DNA of 40,931 nucleotides from a virus (IMGVR_UViG_3300021400_000113:1-40931), one strand, 5' to 3'; numbered from the stretch's first letter, positions 1 through 8,219 are shown. The notes: a model not told the origin generated them from the sequence alone. Made by a program: numbers and translations.

Positions 1-831
1 GAAATCCTGGACAGCAAACAATTCCTTGTAGCCGAAACTTTCGCCGTTCCCGCCGTATTTAACACCGCGTATTATGCTGAAAAGCGCCCGCGGTATCTGG
101 AAATGCTCAAGCGCGGCGAAACAACGATCAAGCCGTGGGATGAAATCATGGAAATCTATCTTGAAGACCTACGGACGGTTGACGCGGTGGGCGCGTTCAA
201 TTCTATGTTTGACTTCAAGAAAGCTATTCCCTTCACTGAATTGTATATCAGGAAATTGTATAGCCCGGACTATCAGCGGTGGGAACAGGTTCAGCGCCAA
301 CTGTGCGGACGGATTGCCAATGAAAAATATCATAAAGACCCGGAAAAAGAATTTGAAGCCGATTGTTTCAAATTTCGCGGCGAATCCTTCCCCCTGTTTG
401 ACCTTTGGGGACTTGCCACAAAAATTCTTCTGAATAATGCTTCTTATAAAAAGCAATGCCTTGAGCATGACCTTCTTTCCGCTTCTGGCCTTTACTTCAA
501 AACAAGCGCCGAAACCTCTTACCAGTATTTGGTAAATAAGTATGACTTTGTAGAAAGTCACACCGCGCTTGATGACGCCATTATTGAAACGTTCATTCTG
601 TCAAAGATTGCCAGCCGTCATGCCATCGAAATCGGCATTGCCTTCTTCCCCTTCCGCGACCTTGGTGAAACCGTGGAATTTGTCACCCGTCGCAAATATC
701 CAAAATTTGAAGAATGCCGAAAAGTGGCTCGCGCGATTCGGGAACACTTGGACACAAAAGACGATAGCACCGCGTATTACAAGAAAATGGAAAATAAACT
801 TGTATATCTGGAGCGGTACATGGGGCTTTAA
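1..831 (+). CDS. DEDDh/DnaQ-like 3'-5' exonuclease (5'-truncated by window edge)
   Basis: Frame is open from base 1. ExoII-like AFNSMFD and ExoIII-like ESHTALDD motifs; ends TAA. Confidence 0.75.
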   Translation, partial: EILDSKQFLVAETFAVPAVFNTAYYAEKRPRYLEMLKRGETTIKPWDEIMEIYLEDLRTVDAVGAFNSMFDFKKAIPFTELYIRKLYSPDYQRWEQVQRQLCGRIANEKYHKDPEKEFEADCFKFRGESFPLFDLWGLATKILLNNASYKKQCLEHDLLSASGLYFKTSAETSYQYLVNKYDFVESHTALDDAIIETFILSKIASRHAIEIGIAFFPFRDLGETVEFVTRRKYPKFEECRKVARAIREHLDTKDDSTAYYKKMENKLVYLERYMGL

Positions 832-843
832 TGCCCCATTTCT
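820..843 (+). terminator. intrinsic terminator
   Basis: ATGGGGC-tttaat-GCCCCAT followed by T-rich tract. Confidence 0.6.
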
Positions 844-873
844 ATTTAGATGTATAACATCTAAATTTGAAAT

Positions 874-902
874 TTGACAAATTTCAAATACTATGATATA
901 AT
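874..902 (+). promoter_or_regulatory. SigA/sigma70-type promoter
   Basis: TTGACA-17-TATAAT with TGn extension, 9 bp after the palindrome. Confidence 0.85.
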
Positions 903-934
903 ATATATAGAAAATGAAGGAAGGGGATTTAAGA

Positions 935-1222
935 ATGAGTAAGAAAGATTGGGAAACCGACGGTTACCGCAATGGAGACCCCATTTACTGCCCCGTCAAT
1001 GCCTACGGTGATTGTCCCTATTGTGACCAGTGTAACATGTGCCACGTTGCCGATCCTGTCAAAGACTGCGATGACTTTGCCTGCTTCTTTGAAAGTTGGG
1101 ATGATTGGGTCAATGCCGATGATGTTGATCCTGATGCCCCTGAATCGTTCGTAGAAGATGAAATTAAATGGGCGGGCGACGTGTATGGTTATGAAGATAT
1201 GATGGAGGATAATGAAGAATGA
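935..1222 (+). CDS. hypothetical Cys-rich acidic protein
   Basis: RBS AAGGGG before ATG 935; six Cys including CPYC. Confidence 0.7.
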   Translation: MSKKDWETDGYRNGDPIYCPVNAYGDCPYCDQCNMCHVADPVKDCDDFACFFESWDDWVNADDVDPDAPESFVEDEIKWAGDVYGYEDMMEDNEE

Positions 1223-1428
1223 CTTACGTGCGGGTTGATTGGGATAACGGTGATTATCAATATTTTGAAAATGATACTCTTGGATATGATGAATTTCGTA
1301 ATGGGTTCTTAATGGCAAATTGTTTCTATTATAAACGAATCCGCAGACTTGATAAACTGCCGCCAGGAAAAATCTGCACAAGATATAAACGACATAATAA
1401 ACAGGACAAAGATTGGGAGTTAGTTTAG
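1219..1428 (+). CDS. hypothetical protein (ends in TAG; to 1443 if read through)
   Basis: ATGA overlap with upstream gene; GGAGG RBS. Confidence 0.65.
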   Translation: MTYVRVDWDNGDYQYFENDTLGYDEFRNGFLMANCFYYKRIRRLDKLPPGKICTRYKRHNKQDKDWELV

Positions 1429-1472
1429 ACTAACTTCTTCTAACTTAGATGTTAAACATCTAAAATCAATTC

Positions 1473-1501
1473 TTGACTTCCTTTTCAATCTATGCTATAA
1501 T
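1473..1501 (+). promoter_or_regulatory. SigA-type promoter
   Basis: TTGACT-17-TATAAT with TGn, 9 bp after the palindrome. Confidence 0.85.
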
Positions 1502-1555
1502 GCTATTGTTGAAAGGGAAGGAAAACCCATTAAACCAGAAAGGAAGAAAAAAACT

Positions 1556-1900
1556 ATGACTAAGATTTCTAAGAATGTTGTGGATGCCGACCTGCGCGCT
1601 CGTGTATTTGCGGATGCTATCTTTGATGAGAATGATGAAATTCAGTGGGTGAAGCTCAATGATCGTCAGTACGGTTGTATCTTAACCGATAAAAACGGCG
1701 TAGATCGCCTTGTACGTTTGGGCGCTATTGTTGCGGAAGAGCGCGAGGATATGACCGCCCGCGAACTGATGCAGGCCGAAATTGATGCCTACAATGAGAA
1801 GCAGGCCAGCAAGGCCGAAAAGGCGAAAGCCAAAGAAGCGAAAATTGCCCGTGATAAGAAAGCGCGGGAAGAAAAGAAAAAGAAGGAAGAAGGGGAGTAA
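1556..1900 (+). CDS. hypothetical protein with Lys/Glu-rich C-terminal helix
   Basis: Clean ORF between promoter/RBS and terminator AGGGGA-gtaa-TCCCCT-TTCTTTT. Confidence 0.8.
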   Translation: MTKISKNVVDADLRARVFADAIFDENDEIQWVKLNDRQYGCILTDKNGVDRLVRLGAIVAEEREDMTARELMQAEIDAYNEKQASKAEKAKAKEAKIARDKKAREEKKKKEEGE

Positions 1901-1942
1901 TCCCCTTTCTTTTATTAGATGTTAAACATCTAAAACTATTCA

Positions 1943-1971
1943 TTGACATATATTAAAATTCATGATATACT
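1943..1971 (+). promoter_or_regulatory. SigA-type promoter
   Basis: TTGACA-17-TATACT, 9 bp after the palindrome. Confidence 0.85.
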
Positions 1972-2021
1972 ATTATCACAAAAGACAAGGAACAAGTCTT
2001 AAAAACCAGAAAGGATATAGT

Positions 2022-2255
2022 ATGAAAGATATTCATTTTTGTATTACCTTGGACGTTGGCATGGATGAGGATGAAATTCGTAAATGCGGCGAAATTCTGG
2101 AAGAAACCTTCCGTGACTATCTTGTAAATAATATTCATAATGGAGAACATATTTATAGCTCTGCTGGGAAAACATTGTTTCGACATGTAGTTAAAGAAAT
2201 AACCGAGTCTGATGACTATGATTGGCATGAAAATTGGGGAGAAATGGAGGATTAA
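2022..2255 (+). CDS. hypothetical protein
   Basis: RBS AAAGGA before ATG 2022; terminator GGAGG-attaa-CCTCC follows. Confidence 0.7.
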   Translation: MKDIHFCITLDVGMDEDEIRKCGEILEETFRDYLVNNIHNGEHIYSSAGKTLFRHVVKEITESDDYDWHENWGEMED

Positions 2256-2299
2256 CCTCCCCTTTCTTTTATTAGATGTTTAACATCTAAAATTTAATA

Positions 2300-2328
2300 T
2301 TGACTTATAATAAAACTTATGTTATACT
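2300..2328 (+). promoter_or_regulatory. SigA-type promoter
   Basis: TTGACT-17-TATACT, 9 bp after the palindrome. Confidence 0.85.
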
Positions 2329-2379
2329 TTATCTGTAAGAAGTCAAGGATAGACTTAAAAACCAGAAAGGAAAAAATTT

Positions 2380-2739
2380 ATGACTGGGTATGTATTTACT
2401 TACGGTGTTGATGGATTTGGCGCTGATGTTGCTCCCGCACATGAAGAAGGTGTTTATCTTGATTATGATAAAGCTTTTCAACATCTGGTAGAATTGAATG
2501 AAAGCGCCATCGCTGAATGCGGCCGCCGTTTTTATGAAAAAGGATATGGGGAAGATTATTATCCTGAAACAGATACCGCACTTGCCAAATTAGAAGAAGC
2601 AGAAGATTGGGAAGCATATGAGAAAGAATTAAATAAGCATATCTTGACAAATATTAAGTCAATTTGTGAACGAATCATGGAATTTGATGAACCGCCTTTT
2701 GGAATGTATTCAATGGAAGAAATTGAAATTCATATTTAA
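2380..2739 (+). CDS. hypothetical acidic protein
   Basis: RBS and clean ORF; hairpin AAGCGCA-gtag-TGCGCTT at the end. Confidence 0.8.
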   Translation: MTGYVFTYGVDGFGADVAPAHEEGVYLDYDKAFQHLVELNESAIAECGRRFYEKGYGEDYYPETDTALAKLEEAEDWEAYEKELNKHILTNIKSICERIMEFDEPPFGMYSMEEIEIHI

Positions 2740-2790
2740 GCGCAGTAGTGCGCTTATCTTATTTAGATGTTAAACATCTAACTTTCAATC

Positions 2791-2819
2791 TTGACTTCAT
2801 TCCAATTATATAATATAAT
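2791..2819 (+). promoter_or_regulatory. SigA-type promoter
   Basis: TTGACT-17-TATAAT, 9 bp after the palindrome. Confidence 0.85.
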
Positions 2820-2842
2820 GCTATTGTCAGGAGGGAAAGAAA

Positions 2843-2998
2843 ATGAGCAAGAAGAAATCTAAAACTCAACCCCGTTCCAATTACGAAGTGTATCGTTCAA
2901 TTCGTAAAGATTGGGGCACAATCAATCCAGTGACTAAAGTAATTCCCGACAAGCGCAACAAGAAACCAAAGTATAAGAAAGGATATGATGAAGAATGA
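2843..2998 (+). CDS. small basic hypothetical protein (51 aa, not in ORF track)
   Basis: AGGAGG RBS; MSKKKSKTQPRSNYEVYRSIRKDWGTINPVTKVIPDKRNKKPKYKKGYDEE; ATGA overlap with next gene. Confidence 0.75.
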   Translation: MSKKKSKTQPRSNYEVYRSIRKDWGTINPVTKVIPDKRNKKPKYKKGYDEE

Positions 2999-3183
2999 AG
3001 AAGTATTATCCAAAGGAAGTCATTGAAAAAGGATATAGTATAGCAATGCTTCATTTTCTTGCTTATCTTTTTCCTGATAAGAAATTTTCCATTGATGAGT
3101 ATAGAATGTATGATGCTATGTTTATGAAAGGATGGGGAGAGGGTTATCTCGCGGGAGAAATTGCCGCTAAAGAAAATCAATAA
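2995..3183 (+). CDS. hypothetical protein
   Basis: Translationally coupled ORF. Confidence 0.65.
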   Translation: MKKYYPKEVIEKGYSIAMLHFLAYLFPDKKFSIDEYRMYDAMFMKGWGEGYLAGEIAAKENQ

Positions 3184-3203
3184 AGAAAGGAGAAAAAAAT
3201 AAT

Positions 3204-3398
3204 ATGTCGCCGAAATGCCCTTATTGTAATGAAGAACTTTTTTTTAAAACAATAACTGAAAGACCCGAATTTGAAGAAAATACTTGTTGTATAACTTGGT
3301 ATGCTACTTGTTATAAATGTTACAAACATTATACTTGGAATGAAATATATGAATTGAAACTAAAATCTATTGAAAATTTCGAGGAAGAAAAGAGTTAG
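3204..3398 (+). CDS. small Zn-ribbon protein (TAG probably a true stop)
   Basis: AAGGAG RBS; CPYC...CYKC; terminator AGAGTTAG-N6-CTAACTCT-TTTT overlaps the TAG. Confidence 0.7.
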   Translation: MSPKCPYCNEELFFKTITERPEFEENTCCITWYATCYKCYKHYTWNEIYELKLKSIENFEEEKS

Positions 3399-3452
3399 AG
3401 TAATCTAACTCTTTTTATTTTAGATGTTAAACATCTAAATATAATATGGAGC

Positions 3453-3755
3453 TTACTGCTCCATATTATATTTTTCAATCTTCTTTTTAATAATTTGTAA
3501 TGCCTTATAATCTTCGGCAGAAAAAATACCATTACGAGAATACCATTCATTTTCTAAATTATACATAGCAACACGCAAATCATCTACTGCATCAAGCGCC
3601 GGGCCATGAGTATATTTAGTCATACATAATTTATTATCTTCAACGCTCATTTCCAGCGGCGTGCCCTCTTTAATATTCAAAGTTCGCCGCAGTTCCTTGG
3701 GGATGACTACCCGGCCCAATTCATCTACCGTGCGTACAATACCAGTTCCCTTCAT
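3453..3755 (-). CDS. abrB: AbrB/SpoVT-family DNA-binding regulator
   Basis: N-terminus MKGTGIVRTVDELGRVVIPKELRRTLNI closely matches the Bacillus AbrB signature. Confidence 0.9.
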   Translation of the reverse strand: MKGTGIVRTVDELGRVVIPKELRRTLNIKEGTPLEMSVEDNKLCMTKYTHGPALDAVDDLRVAMYNLENEWYSRNGIFSAEDYKALQIIKKKIEKYNMEQ

Positions 3756-3803
3756 TTTAATTCCCTTTCTGGTTTATGAGGTGTCCTTCCTCTTTACGGG
3801 TAT

Positions 3804-3832
3804 ATAATATCATAGAATAGAAGAAATGTCAA
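3804..3832 (-). promoter_or_regulatory. SigA-type promoter for abrB-like gene
   Basis: Minus strand TTGACA-17-TATTAT, 9 bp from palindrome 3842-3860. Confidence 0.8.
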
Positions 3833-3870
3833 GACGAAATTTTAGATGTTTAACATCTAATTTTTATTCC

Positions 3871-4101
3871 TTACAAAGTAAGGAAATAAATATTCATAGC
3901 AACTAAGGACAATCGAATTATAATATTATTAATATGGCAGCCTTTTCGTAAGTCATAAATCAAACCGCCAACCGCCACAGGCAACCCAATATAAGCCCCG
4001 GCGTTCCAGAATATAATCGCAATGGTATTTAAGAAAGTCATAAGTGCGGCTAAGTCCATGTGTTCATATTTATACTTGAAACCATTTTCAAAGTTAATCA
4101 T
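3871..4101 (-). CDS. small membrane protein
   Basis: Two to three hydrophobic segments; coupled to upstream ORF. Confidence 0.7.
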   Translation of the reverse strand: MINFENGFKYKYEHMDLAALMTFLNTIAIIFWNAGAYIGLPVAVGGLIYDLRKGCHINNIIIRLSLVAMNIYFLTL

Positions 4102-4250
4102 TTTTCTTTTTTCCTCTCTCGCAATGTATCAATTATTAATCCTCCGCCCAAAAGTATAACTGCCAAAAGTGGAATACCAAGTATTACAAAAATAAGGCAA
4201 TACGCGGCGGGATGTCCAATTTCTAAACCATACGCAATCACTTGCATCAT
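4098..4250 (-). CDS. small membrane protein (50 aa, not in ORF track)
   Basis: RBS AAGGGAG; MMQVIAYGLEIGHPAAYCLIFVILGIPLLAVILLGGGLIIDTLRERKKEK. Confidence 0.65.
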   Translation of the reverse strand: MMQVIAYGLEIGHPAAYCLIFVILGIPLLAVILLGGGLIIDTLRERKKEK

Positions 4251-4273
4251 TTTCAATCTCTCCCTTTCAATAG

Positions 4274-4302
4274 TATTATATCACATTATATTAAAAAGTC
4301 AA
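4274..4302 (-). promoter_or_regulatory. SigA-type promoter
   Basis: Minus strand TTGACT-17-TATAAT, 9 bp from palindrome 4312-4330. Confidence 0.8.
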
Positions 4303-4457
4303 GCCCAACTTTTAGATGTTGAACATCTAAATTTCATTTTTGTCAAGTAGTTAGACATAACTAACTTTCATATTTTTCCTATTTCCCTAAAATTTACCAA
4401 TACTTCTAAATTTATACGCCGTTCCCAGAATTTACCACATATGTCAAATTTTACCAT

Positions 4458-4900
4458 AAGCTGGAAGCTGGAAATTTATGGAGAAGCTGGAAGAAACTGG
4501 AAATTTCTGGGCGGCAATGAGCTGAGAACCATCCCGCGAGCTGGAAAAATCTGTAAAATTTTACACAAGCTGGAAATTTACACAAGTCAAATATATGCAT
4601 AAGCTGAAAACTTGACAAGCCGGAACCTTTAACCGCGGGGCAAGCTGAAAATTTTAAAATAATTAAATTTATTTTTATAAATAAATTTTTATTTTTATTT
4701 AAATTTAAAAAATAAATTATTTGATTTATTTTTAAATTTATGTTATAATAAAAGGGGAAATATAAATATAAATATTTACCATAGTTTATTTTATTTATCA
4801 AGCTGGGAATCGGCCAGCTGGAACTTGACTTTATTTATAAATTATGATATAATAAAATTAAATAAAAAAATAAGCTGGAAGATTTTTAATCTTCCAGCTT
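4458..4900 (+). repeat. About 14 exact or degenerate AAGCTGGAA repeats around a very AT-rich tract (iteron-like)
   Basis: Copies near 4458, 4465, 4484, 4494, 4519, 4538, 4567, 4601, 4617, 4643, 4800, 4815 and 4872, with an inverted copy at 4892; 4650-4800 is almost pure A/T. Confidence 0.8.
4825..4853 (+). promoter_or_regulatory. ORF-less SigA-type promoter antisense to helicase 3' end (second one at 4721-4749)
   Basis: TTGACT-17-TATAAT with TGn; TTGATT-17-TATAAT upstream. Confidence 0.65.
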
Positions 4901-4903
4901 ATT
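4864..4903 (-). terminator. helicase terminator
   Basis: TAAGCTGGAAGAT-ttt-AATCTTCCAGCTTA stem followed by a T tract on the minus strand. Confidence 0.75.
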
Positions 4904-6262
4904 AACTTCTGCGTCTTTTAATTTCGCTGCAACTAATGTAAGAAATTTATTATCTTCAATTTCCGCATCATGCCATTCACCAGTTATAAAATAGCATTGC
5001 TATAATTTTCCATCTATTCTTTTACGTTTGTTATCTACTGTATAACCAATATAAGGCAGACAATCTTTCAATCTATTCCAAGTCATTGGGCGAGAAACTC
5101 GCGCGCCATCGTCGCGCATTTCAGGAACATGCATATACTCTGCTAGATCACGGCACTCGGTTACAGTTAACCATCTATCTTTATATTTAGCCGGCACTTC
5201 AGGTGCAAAGACTTTAAGATGTCTTGTATATTCAAATGTCTAACGGGCGGCTTGTATCCGTTCAGCCGAATCAGTAGAATTAATAATAACGCTATCGAAA
5301 CGTTTATCCACTATATTTATACCACGCTGTAAAGCTGCATTAACAACAACGAAATTATATTCAGAAGGAACCAAGCCCGTAGCAACTATACAGTTATAAA
5401 CACGCATCTACTCTTCTGTCATTGGTTTATCTTTATTATTTGGAGAATGTAATTCAATAGCATTAAAGCCCTATTCATTGGCAATAACAACCGCACCCCT
5501 ATTTGTTTCAATATAAGGAGAATAACACCAATAACCATGACCTGGTATTGGATGTAATTGTTTTATATGCTCAGTAAGATCATAATAGTATATGTCCGCC
5601 GCGATACGATAACCGGCCTCTAACTTACCTTTATTACTAGCACTAACTAATGACTAATAATACGCGCGGGCCCGTTCAGGAGAAGCTGAAAGACCAATAC
5701 ACATAATGCGGCCTTCAAGAATAATACGCTCCCAAGCTCCAAGTAATATTAGCGGCATATATTCTTTCTTACTTGAATATTGCTAGATAACACTTAACAC
5801 TTCAGCATTGCTAACCTCAGTGCGTGCAAAGTCTGTTCTTCTTGCGCGAGCAAAAGCCTAAGTCGCAAAGTTAAATATACTATCACATTCATCCCAGCAA
5901 ATTACATCTATGTAGTCTAAGAAACCTAATTCATTTTTAATAACTCGCGCGCCCAGGGATTGATAGCACATGACACCTATCTTATCCACATACTCTCCCC
6001 ATGAGCTGGGATTTTCCCAGAACTGGTCTGCATCCGCACAATCTTCATATTCCGCGATAAGCTGGTCTTTAAGTGCAACAGTATCTACAAGGAATAGAAT
6101 ACGATTTAATTTTCCGTCCTGCGTAAACTACTTTAAATTATTAATTGCCCAGTATGTTTTACCTGTGCGGATGCCGCAGTCAATAATATTATAATAGCCA
6201 CGCGCGAAAAATAATTTATTCTATAATTGTAAATCACTAACAGTAGTAATACTTGTTTCCAT
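4886..6262 (-). CDS. SF2 (DEAD/DEAH-like) helicase, possible origin-binding protein; 458 aa with 9 in-frame TAG=Gln
   Basis: GGAGG RBS; motifs GIRTGKT (I), WDECD (II), LSASP (III), LQRGINI (V), IQAAR (VI); only TAG interrupts the frame; ends TAA. Confidence 0.85.
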
Positions 6263-6283
6263 ATTCCTACCTCCTTTAATTTT

Positions 6284-6312
6284 AGTATAACATAAATTGT
6301 AAGAAAAGTCAA
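6284..6312 (-). promoter_or_regulatory. SigA-type promoter for helicase
   Basis: TTGACT-17-TATACT with TGn. Confidence 0.8.
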
Positions 6313-6412
6313 GTATCTTTTTCTCTTACATAGATAAGTAAGAAAACAATACTAAAACTATTATGTTTTCTTATATCTTTTTATTATTTTTTGTATATAA
6401 AAAATTGTATCA

Positions 6413-6560
6413 TTTTTTGTCTACACCCCTCCCCCCTATATATGTAGACAAAAAAATATACTACTTTTCCTATATATATAATATAAGTAATATTACGAGT
6501 AATGCGCGAAGCGCATTACGAGTAATATTACGCCCTGAGGTGTCCGCGATAGCGGACGCC
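6413..6560 (+). other. cluster of three DNA hairpins in the divergent intergenic region (candidate origin/priming or terminus signal)
   Basis: 13-bp stem 6413-6425/6443-6455; 21-nt arms 6487-6531 with GAA loop; 9-bp stem 6539-6560 with GATA loop. Confidence 0.6.
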
Positions 6561-6971
6561 GCATTCTCAGAGAGAAAAGATAAGAGACGTAAATTACCAT
6601 AAATGTAAATTTCTGGAATTTCATTTTCATTTCAAAATATAAAGTCAAACTGGAATTTCATTTTCAAATTGCCCAAAACCTTACCGGAGCTTGTAATGAA
6701 AGAAAAATCCTATAATTTTATTTTAATTTTTAATTTTATTTTAATTTTATTTTATTATTTTTTATAAATTTTTTATATTTTTTTATTTGACAAATGTAAA
6801 AATTTGACGCACACACCCATATTATACCTAAAATTTTCCTATCACAAAAAAATTCCTATTTTCCTACCCCTACTATCACTTTTTCCCCTATCCCCGAATT
6901 TCATTTTACATTTTTCCATTTTATTTATTTTTTTCTTTCATATATTGAGGTATCCGTATTAACCCCTCCAT

Positions 6972-7000
6972 TTGACTTTTTAAAAATTTTATGATATAAT
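6972..7000 (+). promoter_or_regulatory. SigA-type promoter; equivalent ones at 8914, 10664, 12803, 14383, 15779, 18056, 24675, 39207 and 40816
   Basis: TTGAC(T/A)-17/18-TATAAT, often with TGn, each upstream of an RBS and ORF. Confidence 0.85.
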
Positions 7001-7034
7001 TTTTATAGGAAAAAGGAAAGGGGAGAATTAATCT

Positions 7035-7778
7035 ATGTATCAGCATTTCAAAAATATTTTGGATACCGCACTTGAAAATGACGATTTTTTTAAGGTCGCG
7101 CTTCCTACTTTTGATAGCAACGTACTTGATAATAAAGAACTTGATGAAGATATAATTATTTTTACTGGTGCTACGCGCGCAACCATCATAGACTCTAATT
7201 ACGATTGGGTTTGTAAATTTGATTGTGAACAAGATGCGCGCGGCAGTGCTTGTGAACGCGAATATCGTCGTTATCAACTGGCAAAAGAATTTGGTGTTCA
7301 GGATATGCTTACTCCCGTAGTTTATTTGGGTACATATATTAAAGATTATATGGGCTATGACGTTGATCCTTGGGATTATAGTAGTAGTGAATTAGATCAA
7401 TATAAAACGTGTGAATATCATGTTGAGTTGGAATTGTATGCGTATAAGAAAGCGAATACAGATGTACATATTTATGGTAGTTTCAATTCACTTAGCGCGC
7501 GTGAAAAGCATGACCTTGATTATGCCCATTCTCCCTTAACCCAACGCTCCACTGATGTTGGCGCAGCTTTTATGCGCGAATATGGTAGTGAGAAATATAA
7601 TATGCTGGATCATTTTTGCCGTGAATATAAAGTTAATGATTTACATAGGAATAATGTTGGACTGATTGGAAATAAGCTAGTTATTATTGACTATGCAGGT
7701 TATTATGATAGAGAATATTATACTAGTGAGGAAGAAGAATATGATACAAGTTCAGAAACTAACTACAATTCTTATTAA
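7035..7778 (+). CDS. protein kinase-like (PKL fold) protein
   Basis: VCKF beta-3 Lys, alphaC Glu (CEREY), catalytic loop DLHRNN, DFG-like IIDYAG. Confidence 0.7.
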   Translation: MYQHFKNILDTALENDDFFKVALPTFDSNVLDNKELDEDIIIFTGATRATIIDSNYDWVCKFDCEQDARGSACEREYRRYQLAKEFGVQDMLTPVVYLGTYIKDYMGYDVDPWDYSSSELDQYKTCEYHVELELYAYKKANTDVHIYGSFNSLSAREKHDLDYAHSPLTQRSTDVGAAFMREYGSEKYNMLDHFCREYKVNDLHRNNVGLIGNKLVIIDYAGYYDREYYTSEEEEYDTSSETNYNSY

Positions 7779-7795
7779 ATATAAGGAGAAAGAAA

Positions 7796-8218
7796 ATGGA
7801 TGATAGAACATTGGGATTAATTTACGCAATTAAGCAAGGAACCCCAGGATTATCATATGATGAACGTATCTGTATGTTTATGCGCGAATATACACAAAGT
7901 GATTTATATTGGTATTCGCGCGAATCCATTAACATACTGCTTAGCGAAGTAATTGTAGATTATTTAGAAAGTTGCGACAATCCATTACAAGAAATTAAAC
8001 GTTATTTTAGAGGGGTATCTGATATCTGGAATAAGGATGAATATAGTAATATGATTTCATTTTTAGAGACCATAGACGTAAAAGATGGAGAAGAATATTG
8101 TAATGGTTTCGCGCCCAACCCCTATCCGGAATTTATGGTCTTTACGTTGCGGGTACCCCTCTTACAATTGGCAGGCACTTCGTGCCAGCAAATTGTAAGA
8201 GCCCGCGGAGGAGTTTAA
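7796..8218 (+). CDS. hypothetical protein
   Basis: AAGGAG RBS; clean ORF. Confidence 0.75.
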   Translation: MDDRTLGLIYAIKQGTPGLSYDERICMFMREYTQSDLYWYSRESINILLSEVIVDYLESCDNPLQEIKRYFRGVSDIWNKDEYSNMISFLETIDVKDGEEYCNGFAPNPYPEFMVFTLRVPLLQLAGTSCQQIVRARGGV

Positions 8219-8219
8219 A

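Larger units (their letters stand above)
846..4330. repeat. Eight dispersed copies of 19-bp palindrome TTAGATGT-N3-ACATCTAA
   Basis: Cores at 846-864, 1445-1463, 1915-1933, 2272-2290, 2763-2781, 3420-3438, 3842-3860 and 4312-4330. Arms are invariant; the central 3 nt vary (ATA, TAA, TTA, TGA). Confidence 0.95.

Noticed and set aside
846..4330. CRISPR array interpretation of the palindromic repeats
   Set aside because: Intervening segments are 340-640 bp and contain promoters and genes, and no cas genes are visible.
4451..4801. 116-aa minus-strand ORF (also 6363-6602 +)
   Set aside because: Low-complexity translations of AT-rich repeat or hairpin DNA with no RBS.
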